Below are positions 1 through 10,282 of a DNA stretch of 64,000 bases, piece after piece. The first letter of the stretch is position 1; every line of letters starts with the position of its first letter. Under the pieces are notes generated by a model. It saw nothing but the letters and a program-made list of their open reading frames with translations. It ran no database searches and was not told the DNA's origin. Position numbers and translations under genes: made by a program. Location: assembly GCA_015523565.1 (NCBI GenBank), contig WAKA01000204.1, positions 12 through 64,011 of the forward strand. The letters are read 5' to 3'. Origin of the DNA: Candidatus Heimdallarchaeota archaeon (lineage in GTDB: Archaea; Asgardarchaeota; Heimdallarchaeia; Heimdallarchaeales; Kariarchaeaceae).

Positions 1-183
1 ATAGGAGAACTTCTACAAGATAATTTTGAGTTTTATTTGTATATTTTTCAATTAAATAATTTATAAAATTATACCCTTGTTCATAAGTTAACATACCCCA
101 GTAAGATTAAATAAATCTTTGATAATTTTTTCATATTCATTGTTACCTATTGAGACATTGTAGTTACATATAATGATGAACAC

Positions 184-1293
184 TCAGATCCCTAAAATAG
201 ATTCGACGACTTTACAGATCTCTTCATAGTATGAATTGGTTAGGTCGTATTTGACCCCTAGTTCCACCAACTTTTTATGCATAATATTGAGGGCATTGTG
301 GAGGAATTTTGAGGGTCTTGAGGTGAACATCAGGATGAAGAAGTCTTCAGAGGATCTAAATAAGAGAAAAAGGTCACCTATCTCTATAGATTTGATATTT
401 CCCTTAATTTTGATTGATTCCTCAACAATAGTTTTAAAGGAGGTAAATGCTCCAGCGACCAGTAGGTCGGATGTGGTGGAGATGTTGGTCAGATCCTTGT
501 CAAACAGTGGGAGACCAAAATCAGAGATAATAATTAGCCGGTCTATCTTTTGTGGTTGTATTAGATAAGGCTTCCAATGTCGAAGGTACCCTACATAAAA
601 GAAGAAGACACCAAGTGAAATTACCAAGTGTGGTATTATGGAGAAATCAACGAAGCTCCCATCATAAACAATCTGTTTTCCGTCTCCCTTGGTAAATAGG
701 ACATAGGGTGTAACCACTGCGATGGGTGAAAGCATGAAGCTGATGAAGGTATAGACCTGGATGAGGGTAATAGAGTTGTGTTGTATATCAGAGGTCACCC
801 TCTTCAACTTTTGTAATGTGCTGAAGACAGAGAAGAAAATGAAGAAGTAGAACAAGGAAGCAAAGATATTCATTATGATAATTGAATGGGGTAGCAGTTG
901 ATCAAATGTAATGACGATGGAGGGAATGGAACCAAGAATTGAAATACCTATGGACAAGACAGCAAGCGCTGATGCAATACTACTTTTTACAGGGTTGATC
1001 ATGTTACTTGAGTAACTTTCAACAAAGTACAATGTCAGGATTCCTGCAAGAATTCCTGCAAATACATTGATCTTCCCCATTGTCAAGCGTTGTGGATTGA
1101 AAATGATGAACATCATCTCAATGAAGATGTCAATCCAGTAGAGACAAACGATGAGAAATGCGAGCAGAGAAGTCGTATATCTCTCCTTTTTTAAAGCCCT
1201 TACCTTTTGAACGAGAGGCATCAAAAGAGAAAGCAGGACAACAGCCCTCATTCCAACTGCGAGGGCAATAAGCTCGACCGATATCCCATCCAT
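184..1293 (-). CDS. Polytopic membrane protein with C-terminal soluble alpha/beta (longin/roadblock-like) domain
   Basis: 369-aa ORF. The N-terminal ~240 aa is a series of hydrophobic segments (LIALAVGMRAVVLLSLL, FLIVCLYWIDIFIEMMFIIF, AGILAGILTLYFV and others). The C-terminal ~120 aa (LIIISDFGLPLFDKD..LVAGAFTSFKTIVEES..FFILMFTS..) shares a strand/helix/strand/helix pattern with ORFs 55503..55976 and 57946..58740. Confidence 0.55.
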   Translation of the reverse strand: MDGISVELIALAVGMRAVVLLSLLMPLVQKVRALKKERYTTSLLAFLIVCLYWIDIFIEMMFIIFNPQRLTMGKINVFAGILAGILTLYFVESYSSNMINPVKSSIASALAVLSIGISILGSIPSIVITFDQLLPHSIIIMNIFASLFYFFIFFSVFSTLQKLKRVTSDIQHNSITLIQVYTFISFMLSPIAVVTPYVLFTKGDGKQIVYDGSFVDFSIIPHLVISLGVFFFYVGYLRHWKPYLIQPQKIDRLIIISDFGLPLFDKDLTNISTTSDLLVAGAFTSFKTIVEESIKIKGNIKSIEIGDLFLLFRSSEDFFILMFTSRPSKFLHNALNIMHKKLVELGVKYDLTNSYYEEICKVVESILGI

Positions 1294-1946
1294 ATTATTT
1301 TTTTTTGTAATTGAGACATATAAGAGTTATGGGGGGCTATTCAAAAGAAATTAGCTTATGTTTGACTTTGAGCAAAATGATATTCTTCAACCAACTCGCA
1401 ATAGATGAGGGAGACAAGAATTTCAGGAAATAATATGGATAACAGTGTTTATGTACTGTATGAAAAGTAAATTTAAGATAAATTTCCCATCAGGATATAC
1501 ACCGGACAAAAATTGATAGCTTTCAAAGACAAATGTTGCATTGCCTTCACCCTCTTAGAAAAAGAGCATTGATAAATTTTCGGAATTGAAGTCGGGATAG
1601 GGGGTGTTAGGGGAAATGTATTTTTTAGATACATGGAAATGATAAAATAAGAGGGTATGGGAAAGAAATCCGTTAATTCAGTTCGGTTTACAGGGAAATT
1701 GGGGTTCATTGTTCCTGAATTGCCAACGCTTGTTATTAAATACACCCCTTTTTGAAAAATATCTTGAAATTCAATAGAGTTGTATTCTCCATTAGGGTCA
1801 CCCAGATGAAGCGAAGAAAAGCAAAGAAATATTTTTTTAAGAACCTCACCGGACTTCAACAAAAATAATGAGAAGTTTTTTTGATAGCTAACAACCTGCA
1901 ACACAAATTATTTTCACCAAGAAATCTAGAAAAATTTAAATAGGCA

Positions 1947-2117
1947 ATGATAAAGACCCTATTTATGAAATTTATAAAAATATTCGCAGTTAGCGTCATT
2001 CTATCAATCCTTATATTCATTTTTCAGGGTGCAAATGCCATATTCTTTTTACAAGTGACCACTTCTCCTCCGCCACCCATTGACTCAGCACTTCCATCGA
2101 TGGTTGGAGGTTGTTAG
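1947..2117 (+). CDS. Candidate small secreted peptide (56 aa), below the ORF-track length threshold
   Basis: ATG at 1947 and TAG at 2115-2117. Translation is MIKTLFMKFIKIFAVSVILSILIFIFQGANA|IFFLQVTTSPPPPIDSALPSMVGGC, which has a signal-peptide-like N-terminus with an ANA cleavage-like site. There is no homology evidence. Confidence 0.2.
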   Translation: MIKTLFMKFIKIFAVSVILSILIFIFQGANAIFFLQVTTSPPPPIDSALPSMVGGC

Positions 2118-2283
2118 GGACATTTCAAGTGAAACAGTGAACCATTATAAGAATAACAATGTCAATACAGATAAACAGGATAAGCTTTTGAAGAGGACAT
2201 ATATCTCTTTTAAATAAATTCAGTTTTTCACATTGAGCAATCCCACTTAATTAGGAAACTGAATTATGCAATATCTTACCATG

Positions 2284-3087
2284 TCACTGCTTTCTTGCAA
2301 CAATCATCAAGTTTCGGTCAGTCCAATATATATTGTTTGTATCAGGAAAAGCCATCTGGATTTTTTTTCTAAACATGGTAATTGCCTTTTCCAATTCCTT
2401 TTCACTGTAAAGTGTAAAAGTTGAATAATGATGTTGTCGTGCCTTATATTCCAAACGATCAAGGGTATCCTTTCGTGGATACGTATAAAAATGAATGGTT
2501 TGCAGTTCAATGTCAGATGAAAGCAATATTTTTTCAATCTGTCCAAGATTGAAAAGTCTTGTCTCTTTGGAATTAAACATAGGAAAGAAACGCCCCCATA
2601 TTGTTTGCATATTCTGCAATGGTGTACGTGTATAAAGAAAAGCCCATCCCCCATCACTAAGAACCCGACTTATTTCTTGTATTGTATCTTTCAATCTGAA
2701 ATGATGGAGGGCATTGAATGAGACCACTGCATCACACGAATTGGAAGGAAAGGGTAATTTTTCAGCAGATGCATTATGGATCGAAAATTGGTGGATACCC
2801 TTTTCTGAGAGATATGTTTGTAATTCCTGAAGCATAGAATTGTTCTTGTCCACACAAAAAAGATGAGCAAGATTTGTTGCAAGAACGGAAAAAAGGAGTC
2901 TATCATAGCGACCTGCCCCACATCCAAGATCGACAATCTTAATGTTCCTGTAATGGCGAAGATATTCTGAAATTGTAATGACAGGTGCCAAGTCAGTGGT
3001 GCGCAAAAGTCGATATTGCCTAGAAATTTTAGAAAAATGTGTTTCGTTCAATTCATCTTGGATTTCTTTGAATGCTTCCGTTGGCAT
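2284..3087 (-). CDS. Class I SAM-dependent methyltransferase
   Basis: 267-aa ORF with the SAM-binding motif I 'IVDLGCGAGRY' and downstream 'CDAVVSFNALHH' (Methyltransf_11-like layout). Confidence 0.8.
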   Translation of the reverse strand: MPTEAFKEIQDELNETHFSKISRQYRLLRTTDLAPVITISEYLRHYRNIKIVDLGCGAGRYDRLLFSVLATNLAHLFCVDKNNSMLQELQTYLSEKGIHQFSIHNASAEKLPFPSNSCDAVVSFNALHHFRLKDTIQEISRVLSDGGWAFLYTRTPLQNMQTIWGRFFPMFNSKETRLFNLGQIEKILLSSDIELQTIHFYTYPRKDTLDRLEYKARQHHYSTFTLYSEKELEKAITMFRKKIQMAFPDTNNIYWTDRNLMIVARKQ

Positions 3088-3231
3088 CTAATCATAAATT
3101 ATGAATGGTTCTTATAGTTTTTGTCTGATGTAACTGTGTTTAGTTTTTGGGTTGATTAGGAAGAAAATGAAATTTATAAAAATGGATTAAATGGAAAAAT
3201 GGGAGAGATTCCTTCAAAAAAAATCTTCCAC

Positions 3232-3238
3232 AAAAAAA
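3232..3238 (-). terminator. Oligo-T terminator directly after tRNA-Val
   Basis: On the minus strand the discriminator base is followed immediately by TTTTTTT, which is an archaeal-type oligo-T termination signal. Confidence 0.5.
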
Positions 3239-3313
3239 TGGGCCCGCCCTGATTTGAACAGGGGACCTTCTCCACGTCAAGGAGACGTCATAACCGAGCT
3301 AGACCACGAGCCC
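3239..3313 (-). tRNA. tRNA-Val (anticodon GAC), no intron, CCA not encoded
   Basis: Minus-strand sequence GGGCTCGTGGTCTAGCTCGGTTATGACGTCTCCTTGACGTGGAGAAGGTCCCCTGTTCAAATCAGGGCGGGCCCA folds as a 75-nt cloverleaf. The acceptor stem is GGGCTCG/CGGGCCC, the anticodon stem TCTCC/GGAGA, the loop TTGACGT (anticodon GAC), the T-stem CCCTG/CAGGG and the T-loop TTCAAAT. Confidence 0.92.
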
Positions 3314-3755
3314 AAGTGCATATCGGTTGTAACCGACAATACCAAACTGTAGTCGGATTGATTTAATTTAATCTTTTTCGGTAGGTGTTGCGTTAGACCG
3401 CGTTAATTTTTGCTTTATTCAAAAAGTATTGTTGCGTTTCTTGAGAGGATATAGATGAGTTTAAGAATGCAATAATTTCGTTTGGATTTGTGAAACTTTA
3501 GGGTATTCCGTCAGATGTATTTGAGGCAAGGTTTCTTTGTGCATTCAAAGGTTTAGTGTCCTTTGTGCATCAAAAGATGAAAAATGAGGTGAGAAAGCAT
3601 TCGTATTTAAATATCCAGTCACAGAATTTCAAGATAATTATTTTGTAAGAGCTGAAGTCATAAAGAGGGAGATATTGTTTTTTAAACAGGTCACAACCAA
3701 TTTAAGAAGTGGGATTGGGGAACCCAGTCCCACATGTGATTCGACAGTCAATTCA

Positions 3756-4325
3756 TCAAGAGGTGGACATCCCCATTTCATTTTGGTATTCCAGTTTTTC
3801 TAGCTCCACCGCTACATTTTTTGATGTGAAAAAGGTTCCACCCAATCTCATCCCCTCTTTTTGGAATAATTTCGATGTTTTGGGATAAGTATGAAGGATA
3901 ATGGCAAAGGGGATCAGTCCAGCAAGGAAGGCGACAAATGCGATCAACCCTAAAGAGTCATTCTGTTCAAACCAAGAGGATATGCCAGCAATGTCCCCAA
4001 TTCCAAAAAATTGCGAAGAAGAGGTAATAAAGGTAAAGAGAATAAACCAGACAATATTAAATATGCGGAATCCCACTAATTTGGTAGTTTGTGGAGGAAG
4101 GAGATAAGGATCGTTTACCTTCGTTTTCATTCTTAAGACCAGCCAAAGTATTTGAAATTCCCTGACAGCAGCCATTGCCAAAAACAAATATATTGATAAA
4201 TAGATCAGCATTGGAACTGATTTTAAATCGAAGTGCAGGAGAATTGGAGTCAACAACAATAAAAGGAGAAAAAAAGCAACGGCAATACCTTCATTAATCT
4301 GTAAGCGATACAACTTCATTGACAC
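3756..4325 (-). CDS. Hypothetical integral membrane protein
   Basis: 189-aa ORF with about five hydrophobic helices. Its start touches the stop of the upstream ORF 4325..5509, so the two are probably co-transcribed. Confidence 0.5.
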   Translation of the reverse strand: MSMKLYRLQINEGIAVAFFLLLLLLTPILLHFDLKSVPMLIYLSIYLFLAMAAVREFQILWLVLRMKTKVNDPYLLPPQTTKLVGFRIFNIVWFILFTFITSSSQFFGIGDIAGISSWFEQNDSLGLIAFVAFLAGLIPFAIILHTYPKTSKLFQKEGMRLGGTFFTSKNVAVELEKLEYQNEMGMSTS

Positions 4326-5509
4326 TACCTCAATATACTTCTTGCCACGTTGTGGGGATGTTGAACAATTGTGAATAAATAAGATGCATATTTGTATTTA
4401 TTGGATTTGTTGAACCAATAACGACCATTGTCTTCTTCTTTTTCAGGTTCATTATTATCAATCCAAGCCTTGAACATCGGCGTTGGAACTACTTGAATTC
4501 CCATTCCGATTTTTAGGTCACCTTTCTTTCGTTGCCCTGCATGCCAGTTAATAACAATAATGAGAGCAGCAATCATTGCCATAAGCAAGGTAGTAGACAA
4601 GGCCACACTTATTCCCGCCATGGTAGAAAGTGCATTTACCATGTTTGAAAAATAGACACCAGTTGTAAATAGAGAAATGTCCTTTATAATATTCAAGAAC
4701 CATGGAGCTAGATTGAACCAAACAATATTTTCCAGATAAGTATATACACATTTTCCCAAAATACAATATTGAGTTGAAAGTGATTCTCTTTTCATTGCAA
4801 TTTGATACCCACTTTCAGTTTGTGAATAAAGGAATAATGGACTAGCAAGATTATTAAGAAGGGTATTTAATCTGAGGAATAGGTATGGCAAAATACGACG
4901 ACTATTTGCAATCAATAATGATACAAAATATGCACCAATCAATGCATCAACTTTCTTTTCAAAGGAAAAGACTTTTTTTCCAGTACTCTGAGTAAGTTCC
5001 GTAATTTTTGATGATTCACAACCTAATATATAGTGGTTATTGGATTTGGAATTACGAATCATACCTGCCAGTACAGTCCAAGATATTGTCTTACCATAGT
5101 ACAAGATACCTGAAAATGAGCTATGTCCGACATAGATGATTGGTCCTTTGAAGGATAAAATTCTGTCATAAACGGAAAAGTCCACCACCATTGCTTGAGG
5201 GAAGTTTGACCTTAGCTCTGCGATAGCAGCTAGTTCTTCCACGGAATCTCCGAACTGCACCACAAGTGGAGAGACGGCAGTGTTCGAAATGTCAAGGGTA
5301 TTTGCGAGTATGGGGGCAACTCCAGACATCGTCAAAATACTTATGAAAAACAAACCAAGAATTTGCGTTTTTGAAAGCATATGTCGTGGGGAAAAATTAA
5401 AAAAAAAATTTGGTAATGACATGAAAATTAGGAAAAGAATACAAAAACTATCCGAAATTCGAAAGCACAATATATTTGAGAAATGGGAGGCTAATAACAT
5501 TGGTCCCAA
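4325..5509 (-). CDS. Hypothetical membrane protein (N-terminal hydrophobic anchor/signal, central soluble region, C-terminal TM segments)
   Basis: 394-aa ORF with hydrophobic N-terminal segments and C-terminal TM helices (GISVALSTTLLMAMIAALIIVI). I recognised no motif. Confidence 0.5.
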   Translation of the reverse strand: MGPMLLASHFSNILCFRISDSFCILFLIFMSLPNFFFNFSPRHMLSKTQILGLFFISILTMSGVAPILANTLDISNTAVSPLVVQFGDSVEELAAIAELRSNFPQAMVVDFSVYDRILSFKGPIIYVGHSSFSGILYYGKTISWTVLAGMIRNSKSNNHYILGCESSKITELTQSTGKKVFSFEKKVDALIGAYFVSLLIANSRRILPYLFLRLNTLLNNLASPLFLYSQTESGYQIAMKRESLSTQYCILGKCVYTYLENIVWFNLAPWFLNIIKDISLFTTGVYFSNMVNALSTMAGISVALSTTLLMAMIAALIIVINWHAGQRKKGDLKIGMGIQVVPTPMFKAWIDNNEPEKEEDNGRYWFNKSNKYKYASYLFTIVQHPHNVARSILR

Positions 5510-5693
5510 TTATTTCATAAATGGAAATTATAATATTTGAGGGCATAGAAAAGCCCACGTTCAGAGAAGGGGAAGTTGAAAGCAATGTGAATTGAATGGT
5601 CAAGCGGGTGATTGAAAAGGGTATTGAAGGGTGTATTTTTGTCAGTTAATGATGGTATTGTTTTATAATGGTGTGGTTAAATTGGGATTGTAG

Positions 5694-7139
5694 ATGATAT
5701 CAGTACGTATAGAGTCAATTTATGCAGTAGGTTTGGCAAAGATTCTGATGGATTCAGGGGAGGATCTACAGATCATTTCAGCAAGTGATGAATTGCAGAA
5801 TGTATTGGGCTTGGAACCGCGAGTGGACACATTGGATGTGCATATTGGAGATATTTCAGATCGTTTTGGTCTTCAATTGAAAGGATCCCCAGAGCATGTG
5901 GATTTAGTTTTGTCTGTTCTTCGTAAGGAGTTGCCAGAAAGTTTAGTTTTTCGTCATGATCTGGAACAGGATGCAGTGTATTTTGCGATAGTTGATAATT
6001 ATCTTCCCCGAAAACGAATTGGTTTTCTTGATTTGGGAGGAGGTAAAACAGGGGTCATGTTTTCACCGAGATTGAAGATAGGATCCAAGATGATTGTACA
6101 GGTCAAAGAATTGCCATTGGAGGAGAACAAGTTCCCAATTTGTTCGGATCAGATAAACTTGGCAGGGGAATATGTAATTTTGGAGAAGGGTGAAGATGGG
6201 GAGTTTGTACGAGTAAGTAAGAAGATAGTTGGGGAGATGCGGGACAAGATGCATGAGCTTGGTCATCGCATTCGCCCACCAGGTTTTGGCTTGATACTTC
6301 GAACGAGTGCTCCAGAGGCAAGTGAAGAGGAATTGAGGGCTGAGGTTGAATATCTGAAAGGTATTTGGGATCGTGCCTTGGATGCCAAACGTGCAGGAAT
6401 TCCAAAGAAGATTACTTCAGGGGAGAGTATTGTTACGCTCTATCTTCATTATGGATCAAAGCAACGACTGGATGCCATTCGTTCAAAAGTCCAGAATGTG
6501 ATGAGGAAGTATCATTCATTTCGATCGTATTCAGTTGCAACAGGATTTGCAGTTGATTATATGCTGAACTTTCTTGATGAGATCGACAGTGAGGAAGCGT
6601 CAAGGGTAATGGAAGATATGATTCTTGGTAAAGATTACCGTCATGACCATCCCCTTCGAGCAGAATTCCATAAGATAGATGGTCGCGTATTTGATCCCAT
6701 TTTGGGAATAATCAAGAGTACAGCAGGAAGATTTGAATTGTATAAGCATTTGGATGAATACCATGCAACAAATGATGACAGCCAATTTGTGGTATATGAA
6801 GGTGATTACATTCGCACTTATTTTTCCGAGGGGTCATGGACAATCCATTACCAATATTACTCAGGTGAGGACAACCACTTGATTGGAGACCGTATTCAAG
6901 TGGTTACACCCATAGAACTGGCATTTCGAGGCAAAATACGTACAGTTGATTTTGGGATCAATGTTTATCGTGACAATTCTACAGGGGCAATAGATGTAAT
7001 AACTGAAAGTGATGATGATTTGCTGAGTGAAGGTGTTATCACGTCAGAATTGGATATAAAACTTGGAGAGGTTATTGAAAAAGTCTTGGGCTTATTGCGG
7101 GACGCAGAGAGAAAAGACCCCATTTTATTGCGTAACTAA
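5694..7139 (+). CDS. Probable FAU-1 family RNA-binding protein / RNase E/G-like ribonuclease
   Basis: 481-aa ORF. The N-terminus MISVRIESIYAVGLAKILMDSG resembles, from memory, the conserved archaeal FAU-1 N-terminus (M..VRIRGIYATALTKLL). The size of ~470-480 aa also fits. Recalled similarity only. Confidence 0.5.
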   Translation: MISVRIESIYAVGLAKILMDSGEDLQIISASDELQNVLGLEPRVDTLDVHIGDISDRFGLQLKGSPEHVDLVLSVLRKELPESLVFRHDLEQDAVYFAIVDNYLPRKRIGFLDLGGGKTGVMFSPRLKIGSKMIVQVKELPLEENKFPICSDQINLAGEYVILEKGEDGEFVRVSKKIVGEMRDKMHELGHRIRPPGFGLILRTSAPEASEEELRAEVEYLKGIWDRALDAKRAGIPKKITSGESIVTLYLHYGSKQRLDAIRSKVQNVMRKYHSFRSYSVATGFAVDYMLNFLDEIDSEEASRVMEDMILGKDYRHDHPLRAEFHKIDGRVFDPILGIIKSTAGRFELYKHLDEYHATNDDSQFVVYEGDYIRTYFSEGSWTIHYQYYSGEDNHLIGDRIQVVTPIELAFRGKIRTVDFGINVYRDNSTGAIDVITESDDDLLSEGVITSELDIKLGEVIEKVLGLLRDAERKDPILLRN

Positions 7140-7154
7140 TCTTATTGCAACCAA

Positions 7155-7589
7155 TCACACTTGGTCAAAGAAATTCTTGATGTCTTGTTCAGTAAATGTC
7201 TGATCTATCCATGGGTAAAGAATTTTCTCCTCTTTTTCATTATGTATCTTAAGGACATTCAGCATTCCCTTTTCTTCATATTCAGTTTCAATGTTTCCAT
7301 TTTCCAATTTATTTTTGATTTGATTTAGGTATCCCCTTATTTGTGTATGTTCTTGCCTCATGACAAATGTCGGCCCTTGATTTTTTTGTCCTGTTTTTTC
7401 TTCGAAAACAGGGAAGAGAATTTCTTCTTCCCAATAGATATGTCGTTCAAGACCTGCCTTAAATTTTTCAAAAAGTTCTTTTGCGGTCTGCATATCTTTT
7501 TCTTTTGTTTGTTGAAAGTCAGTAAATATTCCGTCAAGTCGGTCATGATCTGCTTCCATAAAATCCTTGACTGATTGCATGGATTTCAT
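7155..7589 (-). CDS. Hemerythrin (HHE cation-binding) domain protein
   Basis: 144-aa ORF with spaced His/Glu ligand motifs: MEADHDRLD, LERHIYWEEEILFP, MRQEHTQI, IHNEKEEKILYP. Confidence 0.8.
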   Translation of the reverse strand: MKSMQSVKDFMEADHDRLDGIFTDFQQTKEKDMQTAKELFEKFKAGLERHIYWEEEILFPVFEEKTGQKNQGPTFVMRQEHTQIRGYLNQIKNKLENGNIETEYEEKGMLNVLKIHNEKEEKILYPWIDQTFTEQDIKNFFDQV

Positions 7590-7745
7590 TTGTTTTTAAA
7601 ACTTAAAAGGATTTAGAAAAACTATATTTTTTAAATTTGGTTCCAGAACATATTCTGGTAATTCGTTCATAGGGAGATATAATTTCCCGAAGGGTATTTG
7701 TTGATATGGGATACTTTATTTGATTGGTTGAGAAGAGTGGTATGT

Positions 7746-8312
7746 ATGACAGAGAAATATGTATTCCCCTCAGAGAAATTAGCGGTTGAGGAAGAGTATC
7801 TTCCAGCAGAGGGGACATATCTGGAAAACCATGAGATACGGGCGGCAGTTTTTGGGGATCCATTTTTGGATCGAGAGCATTATAAGGCAACGGTTTTTCC
7901 GAAAATGGGCAAGGCAAAAGTACCGCATGTTGGAGAGATTGTGGTCGGTGTTGTTCAGGCAGTGCGCAAATATTCTTTGGTGATGGAGATTCATTTTCTT
8001 GGTGAGGAAGAAGTTTTTCCACCATATACCGGAGTGCTCCACTTAGCCAATTCATCACGTGATTTTGTCTCAACAATGGAAGAACTGTATGCCAGTGGAG
8101 ATATTGTTCGAGCACGAGTAGTGGATGCCAAGACGGTTCCTGTGCAATTGGAAACTAAGGCAATCAATTTTGGCGTAATTTATTCACTTTGCGAAAGGTG
8201 TGGAACTGTTGCAAACAAGATAGGGAGGGATAAGTTGCAGTGCACACAATGCGATCATTTCCAAAAGCGGAAAACAGCAATTGATTATGGCAAAGGAATC
8301 CTAATTGAGTGA
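7746..8312 (+). CDS. csl4: Exosome complex RNA-binding subunit Csl4
   Basis: N-terminal FPSEKLAVEEEYLPAEGTY, a central S1-like segment (GEIVVGVVQAVRKYSLVMEI), and a C-terminal zinc ribbon CERCG...CTQCDH. The ORF track opens at 7698, but the ATG at 7746 (MTEKYVFP) fits Csl4 N-termini better. Confidence 0.8.
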   Translation: MTEKYVFPSEKLAVEEEYLPAEGTYLENHEIRAAVFGDPFLDREHYKATVFPKMGKAKVPHVGEIVVGVVQAVRKYSLVMEIHFLGEEEVFPPYTGVLHLANSSRDFVSTMEELYASGDIVRARVVDAKTVPVQLETKAINFGVIYSLCERCGTVANKIGRDKLQCTQCDHFQKRKTAIDYGKGILIE

Positions 8313-8354
8313 GAATGCGCATAGCTACGACTAAATGCAACTTGGTGGTGGATT

Positions 8355-8642
8355 TTGGATCGAGATTTGGAACGTGCTGTAGAATTGATTGAAAATGGAA
8401 AATTAAAGCGGATTGAGGGTTATAATATGGATTTATGGCAAGTGACAGGCTCACATTGGGATTACTTGGTAGCACCACCAAATTTTTGTACTTGTGAACA
8501 TTTTTTGCTTAGGTGCACAAAAAAACAAGGAGACATATGTTATCATTTGCTTGCGGTCAACATGGCAGAACGTGAAAAAATTCCGGTTATAGAAATGAAA
8601 CTTGACGAGGTAATTCATCTGCTTTGGAAGACGGCCCCCTAA
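8355..8642 (+). CDS. Small SWIM-type zinc-finger protein
   Basis: 95-aa ORF (TTG start) containing the CxCx(n)CxH signature: CTCEHFLLRCTKKQGDICYH. Confidence 0.55.
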   Translation: MDRDLERAVELIENGKLKRIEGYNMDLWQVTGSHWDYLVAPPNFCTCEHFLLRCTKKQGDICYHLLAVNMAEREKIPVIEMKLDEVIHLLWKTAP

Positions 8643-8647
8643 TCACA

Positions 8648-9088
8648 ATGCATAAGAAGTTGAAAGAGAGAAAAAACATGATGAATGAAAATGCTCCTGG
8701 CAAAAAAAGGGAGGAGACATCCGACATAGATATCCGTGAAATTGCAGAATACCATAAAAAAGTGAAGGAAGAGTTCCCCAATGGCATCCCAATAGGTATC
8801 ACTTTGGAAAACTTAAAGGTAAACTATCCCTCGCTTTACAAGGACATGATGGACAATGGGGGGGATGCAGATCCATTTCGGGGGTATATTCCAGGAGTTT
8901 TTGATTATCTTGCACGAGCTAAGACAGAGGAGGAATGTCTTGAGATTATTGACTACTTGGAGGCAAAAGGGGAATTGGAGCCAGAACTTGCAGAAGAGCT
9001 ACGAAGACAGACAAGGGAGGAAGGTCCAGAAAGCTTTGGCACACGAGAACCAGGGTACTACGACACATTTATTCGTAGACGATCTTGA
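8648..9088 (+). CDS. Hypothetical acidic cytoplasmic protein
   Basis: The ORF track opens at 8624 and overlaps the SWIM ORF. The first ATG after that stop is 8648. The sequence is charged and helical with no confidently recognised family. Confidence 0.45.
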   Translation: MHKKLKERKNMMNENAPGKKREETSDIDIREIAEYHKKVKEEFPNGIPIGITLENLKVNYPSLYKDMMDNGGDADPFRGYIPGVFDYLARAKTEEECLEIIDYLEAKGELEPELAEELRRQTREEGPESFGTREPGYYDTFIRRRS

Positions 9089-9246
9089 AAAATCGAGGAG
9101 AATTAGAAGTTAACATGATAAAAGTTTTCAGAGTAAAAAGGGGAGACGCGACCTACCTTAACTCTTTTAATAGCAAAATACACCAATATGATAGAGATTA
9201 GGCAATTTGTCCAAGAGGAGATTTTGCCCTTAATCGAGGTGGTAAC

Positions 9247-9708
9247 ATGGAGAATTTCAACGCAACGAATTTCCGACACCTGGTCAGAATATTCAGTAAT
9301 GACCTTCCTGGCGATGAGGTTATAGCTCTCGCCTTGACGAGAATCAAGGGTATCTCTCGACGTACATCGATAAGCCTTCTGCGAGCAGTTGGCATTCCAG
9401 AAAATACGCGAGTGGGATTTCTGACCAATGATCAAGTAGAAAGAATAGAAGAAGCCTTGGCTGATCCATTAGCGGCAGGACTGCCAGAATGGATGCTGAA
9501 CCGAAGGCTTGACCCAGAAACTGGAGAGACAACGATGCTTTTGGAGTCAGAACTTTTGCTTCAACGTAAGACAGATATTGACCGCATGATTAGAAAACGC
9601 ACATGGCGAGGAGTTCGCCATTCCCGTGGATTAAAGGTCAGAGGACAGAGAACCAAATCCACTGGCAGGAAGTCAGGGTCACTGGGTGTCTCAAGGAAGA
9701 AGAAATAA
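9247..9708 (+). CDS. rps13: 30S ribosomal protein S13 (uS13)
   Basis: FRHLVRIFSNDLPGD..ALTRIKGISRRTS..RGVRHSRGLKVRGQRTKSTGR. An SD-like GAGGTGGT lies 4 nt upstream of the ATG. Confidence 0.95.
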   Translation: MENFNATNFRHLVRIFSNDLPGDEVIALALTRIKGISRRTSISLLRAVGIPENTRVGFLTNDQVERIEEALADPLAAGLPEWMLNRRLDPETGETTMLLESELLLQRKTDIDRMIRKRTWRGVRHSRGLKVRGQRTKSTGRKSGSLGVSRKKK

Positions 9709-9719
9709 GGTGATAGTGC

Positions 9720-10271
9720 ATGGGAGATCCAAGAAGAAGCAGAAAGAAATACAATACCCCAGGTCATCCTTATCAAAAGGAAAGATTTGAGGCAGAATTG
9801 GTTTTGGTTGGTAAGTATGGTCTCAGAAACAAGAAAGAGATTTGGAGGGCAAGAACAAAATTGGGAACCTATAGGAAACAGGCGAGAGAACTGCTTGCTC
9901 TAGATCCAGAAGAACGTGAGAAAAGAGGAAAAATCATTCTGGACAAATTGATCAAGCTTGGGATTTTGAATGAAGGTGCAACAACAGATGATATCCTTGC
10001 ATTGGATGTTGAGGATTTTCTCAAGAGAAGATTACAGACTCGTGTTTATGAGTTGGGATTAGCCAAAACAATATATCATGCAAGACAATTGATTACCCAC
10101 AGACATGTCATGTATGATGGACACATCATTAATGCACCAGGGTTTTTGGTGCCAGTAGATAAAGAACACACAATTCAATATGCACCAAACTCGCCATATA
10201 ATGATCCAAACCATCCCATGGCAGTAACTGGACATGCTCCGCGTGAAGAGGAAGTAACAGCAGAAGAGTAA
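9720..10271 (+). CDS. rps4: 30S ribosomal protein S4 (uS4)
   Basis: MGDPRRSRKKYNTPGHPYQKERF... plus an S4 domain (ARQLITHRHVMYDGHIINAPGFLV). SD AAGGTGAT at 9707-9714. Confidence 0.95.
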   Translation: MGDPRRSRKKYNTPGHPYQKERFEAELVLVGKYGLRNKKEIWRARTKLGTYRKQARELLALDPEEREKRGKIILDKLIKLGILNEGATTDDILALDVEDFLKRRLQTRVYELGLAKTIYHARQLITHRHVMYDGHIINAPGFLVPVDKEHTIQYAPNSPYNDPNHPMAVTGHAPREEEVTAEE

Positions 10272-10282
10272 GGTGATTTTTG

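Noticed and set aside
1473-1904. 143-aa minus-strand ORF with a GTG start
   Set aside because: It has no recognisable motif, an odd composition and no SD, and it sits in an AT-rich spacer. I cannot support it as a gene, though a lineage-specific small protein is not excluded.
7603-8115. 170-aa minus-strand ORF, plus smaller ORFs at 7779..8042 and 7786..7983, overlapping the csl4 gene
   Set aside because: They lie antisense or out of frame to a gene with clear Csl4 motifs. Their sequences are Pro/His/Leu-rich with no motif, which is typical of shadow ORFs.
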